Virus record (IMG/VR): IMGVR_UViG_3300044625_001067
Coordinates: 62,001-126,000 of that record
DNA length: 64,000 bases
Direction: 5' to 3' (one strand)
The position numbers and the translations under genes were made by a program. The notes under the pieces are model-generated. The model saw only the letters and a program-made list of their open reading frames with translations. It searched no databases and was not told where the DNA came from. Each line of letters starts with the position of its first letter. Position 1 is the stretch's first letter. Shown here piece after piece: positions 21,054 to 30,867 of this stretch.

Positions 21054-21419
21054 TATAGGTCCTCAGGACCATGCAAGGGGGCGGAGGAAAGCTCAAGTAG
21101 TCTCTTCACAGTGTCTCCGTGACAACGCTTTGGCGCACAAAAGCAAATTAGCTCCAGGGACTTCACGCTCGGATCTTGAACAATCGCGAGAAACTCTTGA
21201 AACTGCGCAAGTTCGGCACCTTTCTGAAGTAGCCTTGGAGGCAACCACTCTTCGTAACCATCGCAGACGCGGTCTCTCTCGACCTGGCTAGAGTCCTTCA
21301 TCGGCAGCGGATTTCCAAGGGCAGTCCCTCGGTGAATAGCTCGGCGTACGACACCCTCGGGGGGGGGGCTTCGTCTCTCGCCCCAAGTGGTACTTGTTTA
21401 CAACTTTGATTTTTGACAC
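21053..21419 (-). pseudogene. DUF4326-family protein, frameshifted in a C10 tract
   Basis: IKVVNKYH N-terminus; removing one C from 21359-21368 gives IHRGTALGNPL...RDRVCDGY...LICFCAPKRCHGD. Confidence 0.8.
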
Positions 21420-21438
21420 TTTTCTTGGGAGTTGGATA

Positions 21439-22074
21439 TTAAAGGAGAGGCCACTCGCACTTGGAGCGAGCTTCAAACCCTCCCGTTTTAAAAGGGTTTA
21501 TGTAGAAAAAGGTGTTTTCAGGGCAGGGTTCTCCAGAGACTTTTTCTCTGAGTCGCAAGTATCTTGTGTACTGATTGTGCTGCTCATAGAAGTCATTCCA
21601 GGAAGCAAACTTTCCCTCGCTTACCGCAAAAACTGCCCCGTCTTTATACGCCTCCATTAACGCCCAACCGTACCACAAGGGGAGGAATCGAAAAAGCCTG
21701 AAGTCGTCGCAGCGGTGCGTTAAACTTCTTAGCAGCCTCTTCGTTGCGGTTTTCATATCGAGTCTCCCTAACTCTGCCTTAATGTTGTACAAGTCTAGAT
21801 CATCATGGTCGCTACTAGAAAACTCATCGAAGTGGTTCTTGAGCCCCAGGTAAAGGTCCAACTGAGCTAGAGACAAGAGCTTTCCACGTGAAAGGGCAAA
21901 AACAGCGCCAGCCTCAAACGCCTCCTTCAGCGCCCAGCTCCCGTACAGGAAGTACGGGACATAGTCAACTCTTTTGTCGCAGCGGCTTTTCAGAGTAGTC
22001 GTGTACTCTCTTGCAGCCGCAAAGAGGCCAAGACCCCATAAGCTGTTGACTTTGTTGGAAAGTTGCGGGTTCAT
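21439..22074 (-). CDS. Hypothetical protein with internal domain duplication
   Basis: RCD...WALKEAFEAGAVFALSRGK and RCD...WALMEAYKDGAVFAVSEGK. Confidence 0.7.
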   Translation of the reverse strand: MNPQLSNKVNSLWGLGLFAAAREYTTTLKSRCDKRVDYVPYFLYGSWALKEAFEAGAVFALSRGKLLSLAQLDLYLGLKNHFDEFSSSDHDDLDLYNIKAELGRLDMKTATKRLLRSLTHRCDDFRLFRFLPLWYGWALMEAYKDGAVFAVSEGKFASWNDFYEQHNQYTRYLRLREKVSGEPCPENTFFYINPFKTGGFEARSKCEWPLL

Positions 22075-22316
22075 CTCGCTTTGGGCTTTCGGATGGCTAG
22101 GTGGAGGTGATCGCTTCAATCTGCGAAAGATCTATGCTCTCAACAACAAGTTTTGGATGCGGTAGCAAGTTTGCTAGCCACCCCTTAGTAATACTCAGGT
22201 ACGTGATCTTCCCGCCCGTAGTGCGAATCTTCCAGTCTTGGATGTGGGGAAGGCGCAGTTGGTTGCCGCTTCTCAGATAGATTGTTAGAGTCGTCATTTT
22301 TGTGGAAAGGGGGGGT

Positions 22317-22559
22317 TGTACTAGTCAACAATTGCTAAGAAAAGCTTGCGTGAAACGAAGACTAACGCAGCTAACGGCCATACCAAGCCAACCCAAAGTG
22401 AGTCGTTGGATGGCCAGCCCTTAGCAAGGAGCGCACAGTAGGCTCCCGCGTAAATAGCGTTGTACGCTAGTGCAAAAGTTAGAACAGCAAGCATTGATTT
22501 GTGGTGAGTGAACTGTACTAGTCAACAATTGCTAAGAAAAGCTTGCGTGAAACGAAGAC
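22317..22559. repeat. 46-bp perfect direct repeat (22317-22362, 22514-22559) forming the 3' ends of two tandem membrane-protein paralogs
   Basis: TGTACTAGTCAACAATTGCTAAGAAAAGCTTGCGTGAAACGAAGAC twice; ORFs 22321..22494 and 22518..~22686 both end VFVSRKLFLAIVD. Confidence 0.9.
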
Positions 22560-23068
22560 CAATGCGGTTATCGGCCACACCCATGCTAACAAAGCTGAAC
22601 TGCCGGATAGGTACTTCCTTTCAAGAAGCGCACAGTAGGCTCCACAGCAGGTGCTGGCGTATGCTGCGGTAAAGAGAAAGAACATTGAGCTGGGGTGGGT
22701 AGGGGTAGACAAGGAAAGGGGGACCCTAGTAGCTGTTTTCGAAGCGGATTTTGTGCACCCCCTTTGGAATTTCGCTCACTACAACCTCGTATCCGTGTAC
22801 ACCCTCAATCGGATGAACTTGTCGAAACGGTACAAACGGTACTTCAACCTCCAAGGTTCTGTCGGGATCGATACACTCTAGTTTGTATGGCCCAAAGTAC
22901 TCAGCGGTTTCTTCTGGTAGAGAAACTCCTACCTCGCGACAGACCCTCAAGACTTTAAGGTGCTTTTGGTGCTCAGGGTCTTCGGGACTCCGGTAGCCTT
23001 TAACGCTGGTTCGCATTGACATTTTGGATCGAGAAATGTTTGGAGAGGGTTTGCCCCTGTACGAACCT

Positions 23069-23131
23069 ATTATAGCGTTGTTTTCCGAAGAAAACAAGGG
23101 TGGAAACCGCCGTTTTCCGGGGCGGTTTCCC
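23069..23131 (-). promoter_or_regulatory. Repeated early promoter element (distal box inverted)
   Basis: TTGTTT-17-TATAAT, hairpin TTGTTTTC-4-GAAAACAA. Confidence 0.8.
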
Positions 23132-23183
23132 CTCAACCCCCTGGAATGTGTTGAACTGAAGTGGGGGACACGACCATAAGTCC

Positions 23184-23609
23184 CTAAAACTCGCGATTGG
23201 GTGGGCAATATCGCTTTGTCAAGTCTGTGGCCTTTCCTTCGTTGTAGCAAGTTATTTTATTTCCGTCATTATCTAGAAGTTGTTCGAGAAAAACGTGACC
23301 ATTGCGTACGCTCTGGATAAGGTAAACAGAGTGAGTTTGAATGAATACCTTCTTAAGGTTAGGAAAGCACACTAGCATACGGTCAGGAAGGGCTCTTAGC
23401 TCCAGCAAGTTCGCCCATCGCTCAGGGTACTCAAGGTCAAATTCTTCTACGGAAGGGTCAACTTCGCACTTGTCAAACATCTGCTCAAGAATGGACTTTC
23501 CACGGTAGACGAACATAGTGCCGTCTCGGAGGTTTGGTCGGGTAGCGACTTGTACAGTGAAGTCGATTTCCTCTCCTTTAGAATTGACGTAGTTATGGGA
23601 CTTTGCCAT
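23184..23609 (-). CDS. Hypothetical protein resembling the C-terminal half of an ABC/AAA_15-type ATPase
   Basis: FDLEYPE (Walker B/D-loop-like) and FIQTHSVYLI (H-loop-like); no Walker A. Confidence 0.5.
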   Translation of the reverse strand: MAKSHNYVNSKGEEIDFTVQVATRPNLRDGTMFVYRGKSILEQMFDKCEVDPSVEEFDLEYPERWANLLELRALPDRMLVCFPNLKKVFIQTHSVYLIQSVRNGHVFLEQLLDNDGNKITCYNEGKATDLTKRYCPPNREF

Positions 23610-23669
23610 TTTGACTCAGGTTGGTTGGGGCGTAAACCCCACTTTCGGGGTGGGGGTAAGGGGGAATGC

Positions 23670-24782
23670 TCAGGCAATCCCGAGCAAAACGTCGAGCTTT
23701 TTCGGGGTTAAACCTTCGAGCCACTCTGCAAAGGATCCGACTTTGCCGGATCGAATCGCAAAGCATGCTCCAGAAAGTTCTTTTGACTCGGCAAGTACGG
23801 CTTGAGCGAAATCCTTCTGGTTAAGATGGTTGTGAGCCCTCATGTTCTCGCTCACCGCACTCTCCATCACTTCGATGGAACGCAGGTGAACGTCAAAACC
23901 CCCACGATACTCGGGAAAGTGAAGCAGAAACTCTTCCAAGTCGTCGTTCAGGAAAAGCTCGGAGAAATCCGGTTCGCCGTTTCCTTTAACCCTGTGCAAC
24001 TGGCAATATACGTTGGACTTGTCTTTCTGCCGGTTTCCCTTCCCATCGACAATAATCACTCCTTCAGCGGTACCACGAGAAGAGTCGTTTACAAACTGGG
24101 TTACAGCTTCATGTGAGCGCAGGTCGTAGGTCTGAGCGATATTGAATCGGTTCTCAAAGTACTTGAGATCCTTTTCGTTCAGGTCATCTATTACGCTACG
24201 GACCGTTAAGAGAGGTAAAAGGGGAGTCTCGTAGTCTACAACAATTTTGTTGTCTTTGTGGCACAACTCGTAGACGTAGACAAAATAAGGGTCGAGGTCA
24301 GCCCGGTCATATTCAACTTCATTAAAAACGTGCCAAAACAAGTCGGAGAAGGAGCGGCCCGTGGTCCCGACTTCTGAAGAACCAGCGACTGAACCTGATG
24401 TTGATACCAACCACTCTCCTTTATAGTTGAACAACTTGATCAGAGACCCGTCGTACTTCTCAGCTACACGGGCAGTGGACCAATCAATCTCTGCGGCGTA
24501 ACCCTCCCCGACGTTGAAGAAACGGTCGAAGGCGTACGCAACCAGCCGAAAGTACGGGGAGCCCGTACCATCGTCAACGAGTTCGACTACGGCACCACGG
24601 CAGGCACGAACGATCGGCAGTGCCTTGTCCGCCATCACACTGCCGTACTTTAAGTTGTAGAGAGCAGGGTAACGTTCGTCGCGAGCAACACGAATGTCGT
24701 GCTCGGCAAGTGCTTCAAAAGCAGTCTCGACCCGGTAGTTTAACCAGTCGATTAGAAAGTGGCGCAGGTTTAAAGGTTCCAT
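23670..24782 (-). CDS. T4 Rnl1-like RNA ligase
   Basis: CRGAV, FDRFFN, motif I EKYDGS, YEL, EGVII. Confidence 0.9.
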   Translation of the reverse strand: MEPLNLRHFLIDWLNYRVETAFEALAEHDIRVARDERYPALYNLKYGSVMADKALPIVRACRGAVVELVDDGTGSPYFRLVAYAFDRFFNVGEGYAAEIDWSTARVAEKYDGSLIKLFNYKGEWLVSTSGSVAGSSEVGTTGRSFSDLFWHVFNEVEYDRADLDPYFVYVYELCHKDNKIVVDYETPLLPLLTVRSVIDDLNEKDLKYFENRFNIAQTYDLRSHEAVTQFVNDSSRGTAEGVIIVDGKGNRQKDKSNVYCQLHRVKGNGEPDFSELFLNDDLEEFLLHFPEYRGGFDVHLRSIEVMESAVSENMRAHNHLNQKDFAQAVLAESKELSGACFAIRSGKVGSFAEWLEGLTPKKLDVLLGIA

Positions 24783-24837
24783 GGCAGCTTTAGGTGGGTG
24801 GGACCGTTGAGTTTTGTTTATCTGGGCAAGGTTGGGA

Positions 24838-25467
24838 CTAGCGATTTCGTTTCCCACTGTCCCAGGCTGGCGCTGATCTCCGCTTTGGAAAGTCATGTCC
24901 AAGATCGCCTTTTACTTCCCCGTTAGCGAGGACAACAAGGTGGTCTGTGCCGTAATCGTCCCAGTCGTCGGAGAACTTCGTGTCTACTGACAGAGTAACC
25001 TTGTGCTTGTAAAGAACTTGGCCGAGATCCTTTCTAAACTCGTCCATGTCGAACTTTTCGCCAGGGGTGTACGCGTAGGACGTAACTACTTGGTCTCGAA
25101 GGAGCTGGTCCCAGTCGAGGCAGTTGTACGGGAGTTTTGTCTCTGACATGTCTTCCGGGGAGAAGCAGCTTCGTAGTGTTCTGTGATTACGCCGTTCATT
25201 CGTCCAGGTTCGATCCTCACGGACTCTTACCAGAGTGTAGCAGTATGAGGATGGAACGTTCGGGTTCGTTGCTTTCGGGTGCATCCAGATGTCGGACACA
25301 ACGTAGAGACCGTCTTTTACTGGACTCTTCCGAAAGTGAAGGTAAGGAACTTCAGTGCCCCAGGTTCGACCGTCGGGTGAATTTTTAAGTATTTTTCCAG
25401 GAACAAACACACTGTCCCCTGGCTTCAGCAAAAGTTTTCCTGTAACTGATTCAGGGGGAGACTTCAT
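24838..25467 (-). CDS. Hypothetical protein
   Basis: ORF behind promoter 25495; start moved to ATG 25467. Confidence 0.65.
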   Translation of the reverse strand: MKSPPESVTGKLLLKPGDSVFVPGKILKNSPDGRTWGTEVPYLHFRKSPVKDGLYVVSDIWMHPKATNPNVPSSYCYTLVRVREDRTWTNERRNHRTLRSCFSPEDMSETKLPYNCLDWDQLLRDQVVTSYAYTPGEKFDMDEFRKDLGQVLYKHKVTLSVDTKFSDDWDDYGTDHLVVLANGEVKGDLGHDFPKRRSAPAWDSGKRNR

Positions 25468-25494
25468 GGGTTGGGGTGCTTTGGTCACGAACCA

Positions 25495-25556
25495 ACTATA
25501 CCGGTTTTGCCTGAGCAAAACAAGCCGGGAAACCGGTCAAAGCAGGGCGGTTTCCC
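25495..25556 (-). promoter_or_regulatory. Repeated early promoter element
   Basis: TTGTTT-17-TATAGT, hairpin GTTTTGC-4-GCAAAAC. Confidence 0.8.
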
Positions 25557-26471
25557 AAATGACCTCAGACACAGGTCAGGGATGAAACAAGGGGAAACCG
25601 CAAAAGATGTGTTTCGTCTGCTTGTCTACGTGTTGAATTGAGTGCTTCGGTCCAAAAACTACAAGTCAATCCGGACCCCTTAACGTGGCATTCTGTGTCC
25701 CACTCACCTTTTCTCTTGCTGATCCAGCATTGGGCCTCAACTTCGTCTTCCGTTTTGTAGCACGCTATCGGGGGAACACCTCTTCCCCTCCAGTAAGCTG
25801 GGCAGTTCCGGCTTCCGTCATCCCCCATCTTAAACAGTTGGTGGTAGAAGAGAGACGGCATAAAATAAAAGTTTGGGCAGTGGGGAACTAACCACGCAAA
25901 TTCATCCATAACACAATAATAAGGCGGCCTTGAAGGAATTAGGTTAAACGATGTGTGGCCTTACGGGGCTTCGAGGCAACAACGTAGTAGTCGGGAACAC
26001 GGTCTGTGGGGTTCCCCGCATTCACTTCTGTAAACCTGTCGTTTGCCTCGCCGTAAGTTGTGTAAAACTCGGACCAGGACTCGCTTCCCCATCCTCGCTC
26101 AGACTCATGCAAGTCAACAATCCAAACATCTTGAGCTAAGCTTAAACCTTGTTCTTCGGTGATTCTTGCCATTTTACACTAGTGGGATGAATGTGAAGTT
26201 TAGGGGTAACAGGTCAGTTGCGGGTCTTAGCCCGAGGGACATGCTCTCGACGTGCCAGCTCTTCCTTGATTGCGGCTTTTTGGTGCTCAAACCGCTTAGT
26301 TGCGGAACCCTCTTCGTCTTCGTCGTAGGCGAAGCTGGAAAAGTTTGCTCGAAAGTATGTTAGCAACCTGTGAGTTGGCAATTTGAGAAGGGTTTCGAGT
26401 GAGTTGCGATTCGGGTCCATGCGAGTCTCAGGGGTTGGGTGATTTAGGTTGGGGTTGGGAGTGCGGGGCAA

Positions 26472-26783
26472 CTAATCATTCTCAAATTCCTTCCTTAACG
26501 TTTCATACCTTTGTCGCCGCACTTCCTTTGCGATTCCTTCCTTTTGCGCTTTTTTACTAATGGCACTTAGCCTTTTGTCCCGCTCTTCGTTTGTTTCTGG
26601 GCGGTGCTTGTAGAGATCTTACACATCAGACCCAAACCGACAAGTATACTCAATACCCTCCCAACCCTCTTTCTCGAGCTTGTCAAGGGCTCTCTTAATG
26701 TCGCTGAATTTCCCACAGAAAGCGGTCTCAGGGTCGAGATAAGAGGTCTCTTTAATTGTGATGTTCTTTGGGAGGTTTGTCAT
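26472..26783 (-). pseudogene. Hypothetical phage protein interrupted by in-frame TAA
   Basis: MTNLPKN...FGSDV*DLYKHRPETNEERDKR...RRQRYETLRKEFEND; TAA at 26619-26621. Confidence 0.75.
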
Positions 26784-26806
26784 TGCGGGGTCTATTCAAC
26801 TCATTT

Positions 26807-26850
26807 AGTATACCGTTTCTGCCGAGCAAAGACAAGGGTGGAAACCGCCC
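26807..26850 (-). promoter_or_regulatory. Repeated early promoter element
   Basis: TTGTCT-17-TATACT. Confidence 0.8.
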
Positions 26851-27987
26851 TTGGCGGCCCATAGTGTCAAATCTTCGGGAAAAGCAGACTGTACGTGAGA
26901 ATTCCATCCGTTATCTTGTCCACGGTGTGGCCAACGGCTGAAAGGGCGTCGAGCTTTGCGGAAAGCTGTTGAATTGCCTCAATAAGTTGCTGAATTTGCT
27001 GCGGGTCTAGCGTGGGGGTTGCCATAGGCTTGCAAGTTTGTCTCTCTGGGTTAGTGGGAGATGCCCACTGTTGGTACGCTGTTTCTAGATCTTTGACTTT
27101 GTTTGGGTTGGCTACAGGGTAATACCCGTGGATAGTATGGCCTGTGGACTCGAGCCATTCTGGTGGTGTCTTGACCCGCTCTCGCCTTATCTCTCCCGGA
27201 CTTACTCTGCGGTAAAAGTTTCCGTCGTCGAAGAGAAAGTCGTCTCTTAGTGGGTTCGAGTCGTGTCTTCTCTGGTGGGTTAGGAGTTTCATTCGGTGGC
27301 TGTGTACCTTGGAGTCTCGTTGAAGGTTTCTCTAGCTATGTTGAACAATTTTGTGTGGGTTTAAGGTAACCGCCCTTGGATCGCCTTCTGCACTTCAATC
27401 GGTCGTTGGCATCAGACAGAGCTCGGGACTTTAGACGATTTTGTTCCTGGGCCATTGCCATTACGAGGGACACTGTTCCTGAGCTCTCTTTGTAGGAATA
27501 TCCGGTTAAACGTTCGGCGGCATCAAGGGGGTCGAAACTTAGGATCTTGTCGAAGGATTCGCTAGTTGGGTTGGGCATTTTCTTGTAGTAGGTTACCAGA
27601 GCAAAGGTCAGACCTTAGGTTGTTTCGACGCCCATTCCAAAACTGCGTCTTTCTCCACTGAGGAAAGCTTAGACAAGGCAAGTCCTACAAGTTGCTCTGC
27701 TTCTTTCTCACGAAGACGGTCCCCTTCGGTACGCTTGAGCCATTCGCCGCAGGTTTCGTGAACCCAAGTGCGGGATCTAGCATCGCACGGGTTCCATTTA
27801 AACCCCTCTTGTTCGGGAGACATCTCTGTGATCTCAGTCACAGTTTTTGTCGGGTCGCTGTCCCCGAACTCAAAGTCTCTGGCCTGTTTTGCGTCGTCCG
27901 CCAGCACAAAGTCAAATTCGTACCGCTCAACTTTGAAAAGTTTCTGTGCCATTTGAAGAGTCTTTTGGGGGGGGGGGTCACAAGTTA

Positions 27988-28054
27988 AGTATACCGCTTT
28001 CCTCTCGGAAAGGCAAGGCGGGGAAACCGCCCCCAGAGCAAACGGTTAACCGCC
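27988..28054 (-). promoter_or_regulatory. Repeated early promoter element (type copy)
   Basis: GGCGGTTAACCG-9-GGGGCGGTTTCCCCGCC-TTGCCT-17-TATACT. Confidence 0.85.
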
Positions 28055-28755
28055 TCAACGCGGAGCCCGAAGCTCTTAGAGTCTTTTTCTTCTCGTGGAT
28101 CGTGGAATTCGACCTGGTACAACAAAGAGGGACCATCGCTCCGCCCAAATAACTCTCCCCCAAGGGCAAACCTTTGAGGAAGGGTTTGAGTTTACCCACC
28201 GAAAGTTCCCCAGCCCACCCGATCTCGAGTTGACGTGGATAAACCGGCAGTCAGCATGTGGCGGTAAGGCTGACTCACTGTGATCATAATTGCTAGGAAG
28301 CTCTAAGACATCAAAAGAGTTTTTTACTAGGTAGTAAAAGCGAAGCCATGCGGTTCGAAAGTTCATGGTGAAGTCAGGAGTAGTATTCGTCAAGATCAAA
28401 GTCCTGAAGCAACCCGTCAAAAGGTTCTTTGCAGCCGGTGTAAGCGTAAAGCTTATCGTTCATGGCATACCACGAAACATTCAGCAGGTACCAGAAAGTT
28501 GCGTGGTGGCCGTCGTGCCAGAAAAGACCTTCAGTGTCACAATCGAGGGCCCAAAAGGTAGTTTCCTGTGGTACCGAAATCCAATTCTTCCAGTAGTTAA
28601 ATGTTTTTAGTGTGAGTTGAAGAGAATTTGGTATCATTCTGCTTTAGGTCTCCCGCTCGCGTCGTAAGGGCTAGACTTGTTTGAACGCACTACGGGTGGT
28701 GTCGGTAAAACTGGTTTCCGGGGTGTGTACGGTGACTGATTACCGTTATTACTGG

Positions 28756-29229
28756 TCATTTGGGGGCCTCGTGATTACCGGTCCTTAAGGTTGGGTTGAT
28801 GAGTGTAACGTTCACCACACCATTGCCGATATCTTGCGGAGAGTTGTTTGAATCGTCGCAAAAAACTTTCCAGTTTAGTACTGGCACAGACGGTAGTGGG
28901 ATGTACTTTACAATCACGTCTCGTAGAGAGTCCTTGGGGGTTTCCACGTTAGACGCGTCTAAGCATTTACCATTAAAGGGCTCAAAAGCGTCTTTTAGAT
29001 CGTTGCGAACTCTCTCCAAACACTTGCTTGCGTAAATTTTACGTGCGGACCCCTCAGCTTCTTTGAGGCTACCCCAAAAACCCGAGTGTTCTTCCTCGTT
29101 CAACCAGCACCACTCACAGTGATCGTACTCGTATATTTCTACGTGATTGCATCCCTCCTCCTCTCCAGGTAGGGGTGGAAAGTCAATAAAGTAGCTACCA
29201 CCGGATTTATACAGAGGGAAAGGTGTCAT
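28756..29229 (-). CDS. Small protein ending in a tail-sheath C-terminal-like domain
   Basis: KVFCDDSNNSPQDIGNGVVNVTLINP resembles the CDxxNN-P signature of contractile sheath C-termini. Confidence 0.55.
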   Translation of the reverse strand: MTPFPLYKSGGSYFIDFPPLPGEEEGCNHVEIYEYDHCEWCWLNEEEHSGFWGSLKEAEGSARKIYASKCLERVRNDLKDAFEPFNGKCLDASNVETPKDSLRDVIVKYIPLPSVPVLNWKVFCDDSNNSPQDIGNGVVNVTLINPTLRTGNHEAPK

Positions 29230-29256
29230 TTTTGTATGGGTCTTGGCTACTTGGTT

Positions 29257-29319
29257 ATTTTACCGCTTTTTCGGAGCATAAACAAGGCGGAGAACCGCCC
29301 CAAAGCAAGCGGTTAACCG
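29257..29319 (-). promoter_or_regulatory. Repeated early promoter element (two boxes)
   Basis: TTGTTT-17-TAAAAT, distal CGGTTAACCG. Confidence 0.75.
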
Positions 29320-30177
29320 AATAGGCGGGCTAGTGGCCATCTGCGTCTAAAACTAAGTAAGTCCAACCACCGGCAATTACTGACACCGCTAGAATTTCAG
29401 GGGGCCAGCCCTGTCTCAAGGCACCATAAGCTGATCCGCACGCCACGGCAAAGTACAGGGTGAGTTCAGCCAGCAACTTTAATCCCTTCCTCACCGATTT
29501 GACTTTTTCACTTGGTACGGGCTAACCCTCTAAAACTATGACTCTCTTCGTTACCATAGGAATTTCAAGGTTAACAAGTTCACCCTTAACTTCGTCTCTA
29601 TACTCGCATTTAGTATTCACGAAGGAGTAGTGATCGATGTTACTCTGCCACTTTGTAGTGTAGTTACAATGATTAACTTCCATGTTATCAATGGAGAACT
29701 CGTTCTCAAAGCAATAGCTGTGTTTTCTGCGAGTAACCAGAATAACCTCTGTGTCATCAGGGTACTGGCTTAAAAGTTCTTGTAGGCGTTTATTTAACAT
29801 GGTGAGCTCAGTCGTAAAGGTCCCAAAGATTACTATAGGTGATATCTTGTGTTGTAGAATCCAGTCTAACCTGCCCTTCCCCAATAAGGTCTACAATTCT
29901 CTGTAATTCTCCAAGTATTTTGTGCCCATGGGCGGAGTCGTCCAGTGAGGTTTGCAGTGTCTCGCTATTTGTCTGGTTTGGTAACCTGTAGTTCCCTTTC
30001 AGTGCATCTGTAGCCGTCTCTAGGCACCTTTTGCAAGGAACTTGGAAACTCTCGCCCATTTGAGCGCACGCAGCATGGTCTAAACTCTGAAACACCCAGT
30101 CAGAGCTACAAAGGGTTCTCCCGCACCAGGACGTTCCCTTCATGTCCTCGTGGGTGTGTCATATACACTGCCCAGAG

Positions 30178-30768
30178 TCAGACATAGACGTACTCACGCC
30201 ACTCTTCAACTTCTGCTGTACTGATTGTAACAGACATCTTGCTATAGGGTGCCTTCGGCTTTGAGGCGAGAGTGGTGCCACGTCGAGTGACGCGGGTTTC
30301 CATCATCCCAATCTGAAAGCTGTCCCAGCTGAATGGTAGCGGAGAAACATTCGTGGTTTCCTTTGCAAACACCTTCTTTAGGGCAACCGCCCACTCTTCC
30401 GGGGTGCGATTGTCCTTGCAGTTGTTGCACTCAAGGCAGCTGGTGACAAGGTTTTGCCAAGTGTCCTGCCCTCCTCTTGACTTCGGTATCACATGGTCCA
30501 AGGTTAGTTTCGGACCGGAGTACTCGCAATACTGGCAGGTGTGATTGTCCCGTTTTAGAATCAAGGTGCGAGAGGGCTTCGCCGCTGCCATCTTGGCTTG
30601 GGGAACCTTAACGTATGTCTTTAGGCGAATGGTGCGGCTGGACACGACATGGGCCTTGTCCTTCAATACAAGCACTCTAGCCCTCCGCCACGAGGTCTGG
30701 TTCAAGGGTTCGTACGTGGCATTTAAAACCAGAATGGTTTTCTTGTATGCGATTGTCTTGTAGTCCAT
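30178..30768 (-). CDS. HNH endonuclease (McrA-like, LVLNA family)
   Basis: LVLNATYEP, RDNHTCQYC, TLDHVIPKSRGG, NLVTSCLECN. Confidence 0.9.
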   Translation of the reverse strand: MDYKTIAYKKTILVLNATYEPLNQTSWRRARVLVLKDKAHVVSSRTIRLKTYVKVPQAKMAAAKPSRTLILKRDNHTCQYCEYSGPKLTLDHVIPKSRGGQDTWQNLVTSCLECNNCKDNRTPEEWAVALKKVFAKETTNVSPLPFSWDSFQIGMMETRVTRRGTTLASKPKAPYSKMSVTISTAEVEEWREYVYV

Positions 30769-30867
30769 GACCTTGGTGATTTAAGTGTTTCCCCATCGCA
30801 CGAGGGAACGTCAGTTCTTTCAGAATTATACCCCGGAACAGGGGGTGTAAACCCCCTTGTACCAAGC

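Noticed and set aside
30825-30858. TATAAT with GC-rich inverted repeats upstream of the HNH gene as another copy of the element
   Set aside because: Likely a promoter, but the TTTACA-TATAAT spacing is 15 and there is no GGCGGTT box, so it was not counted.
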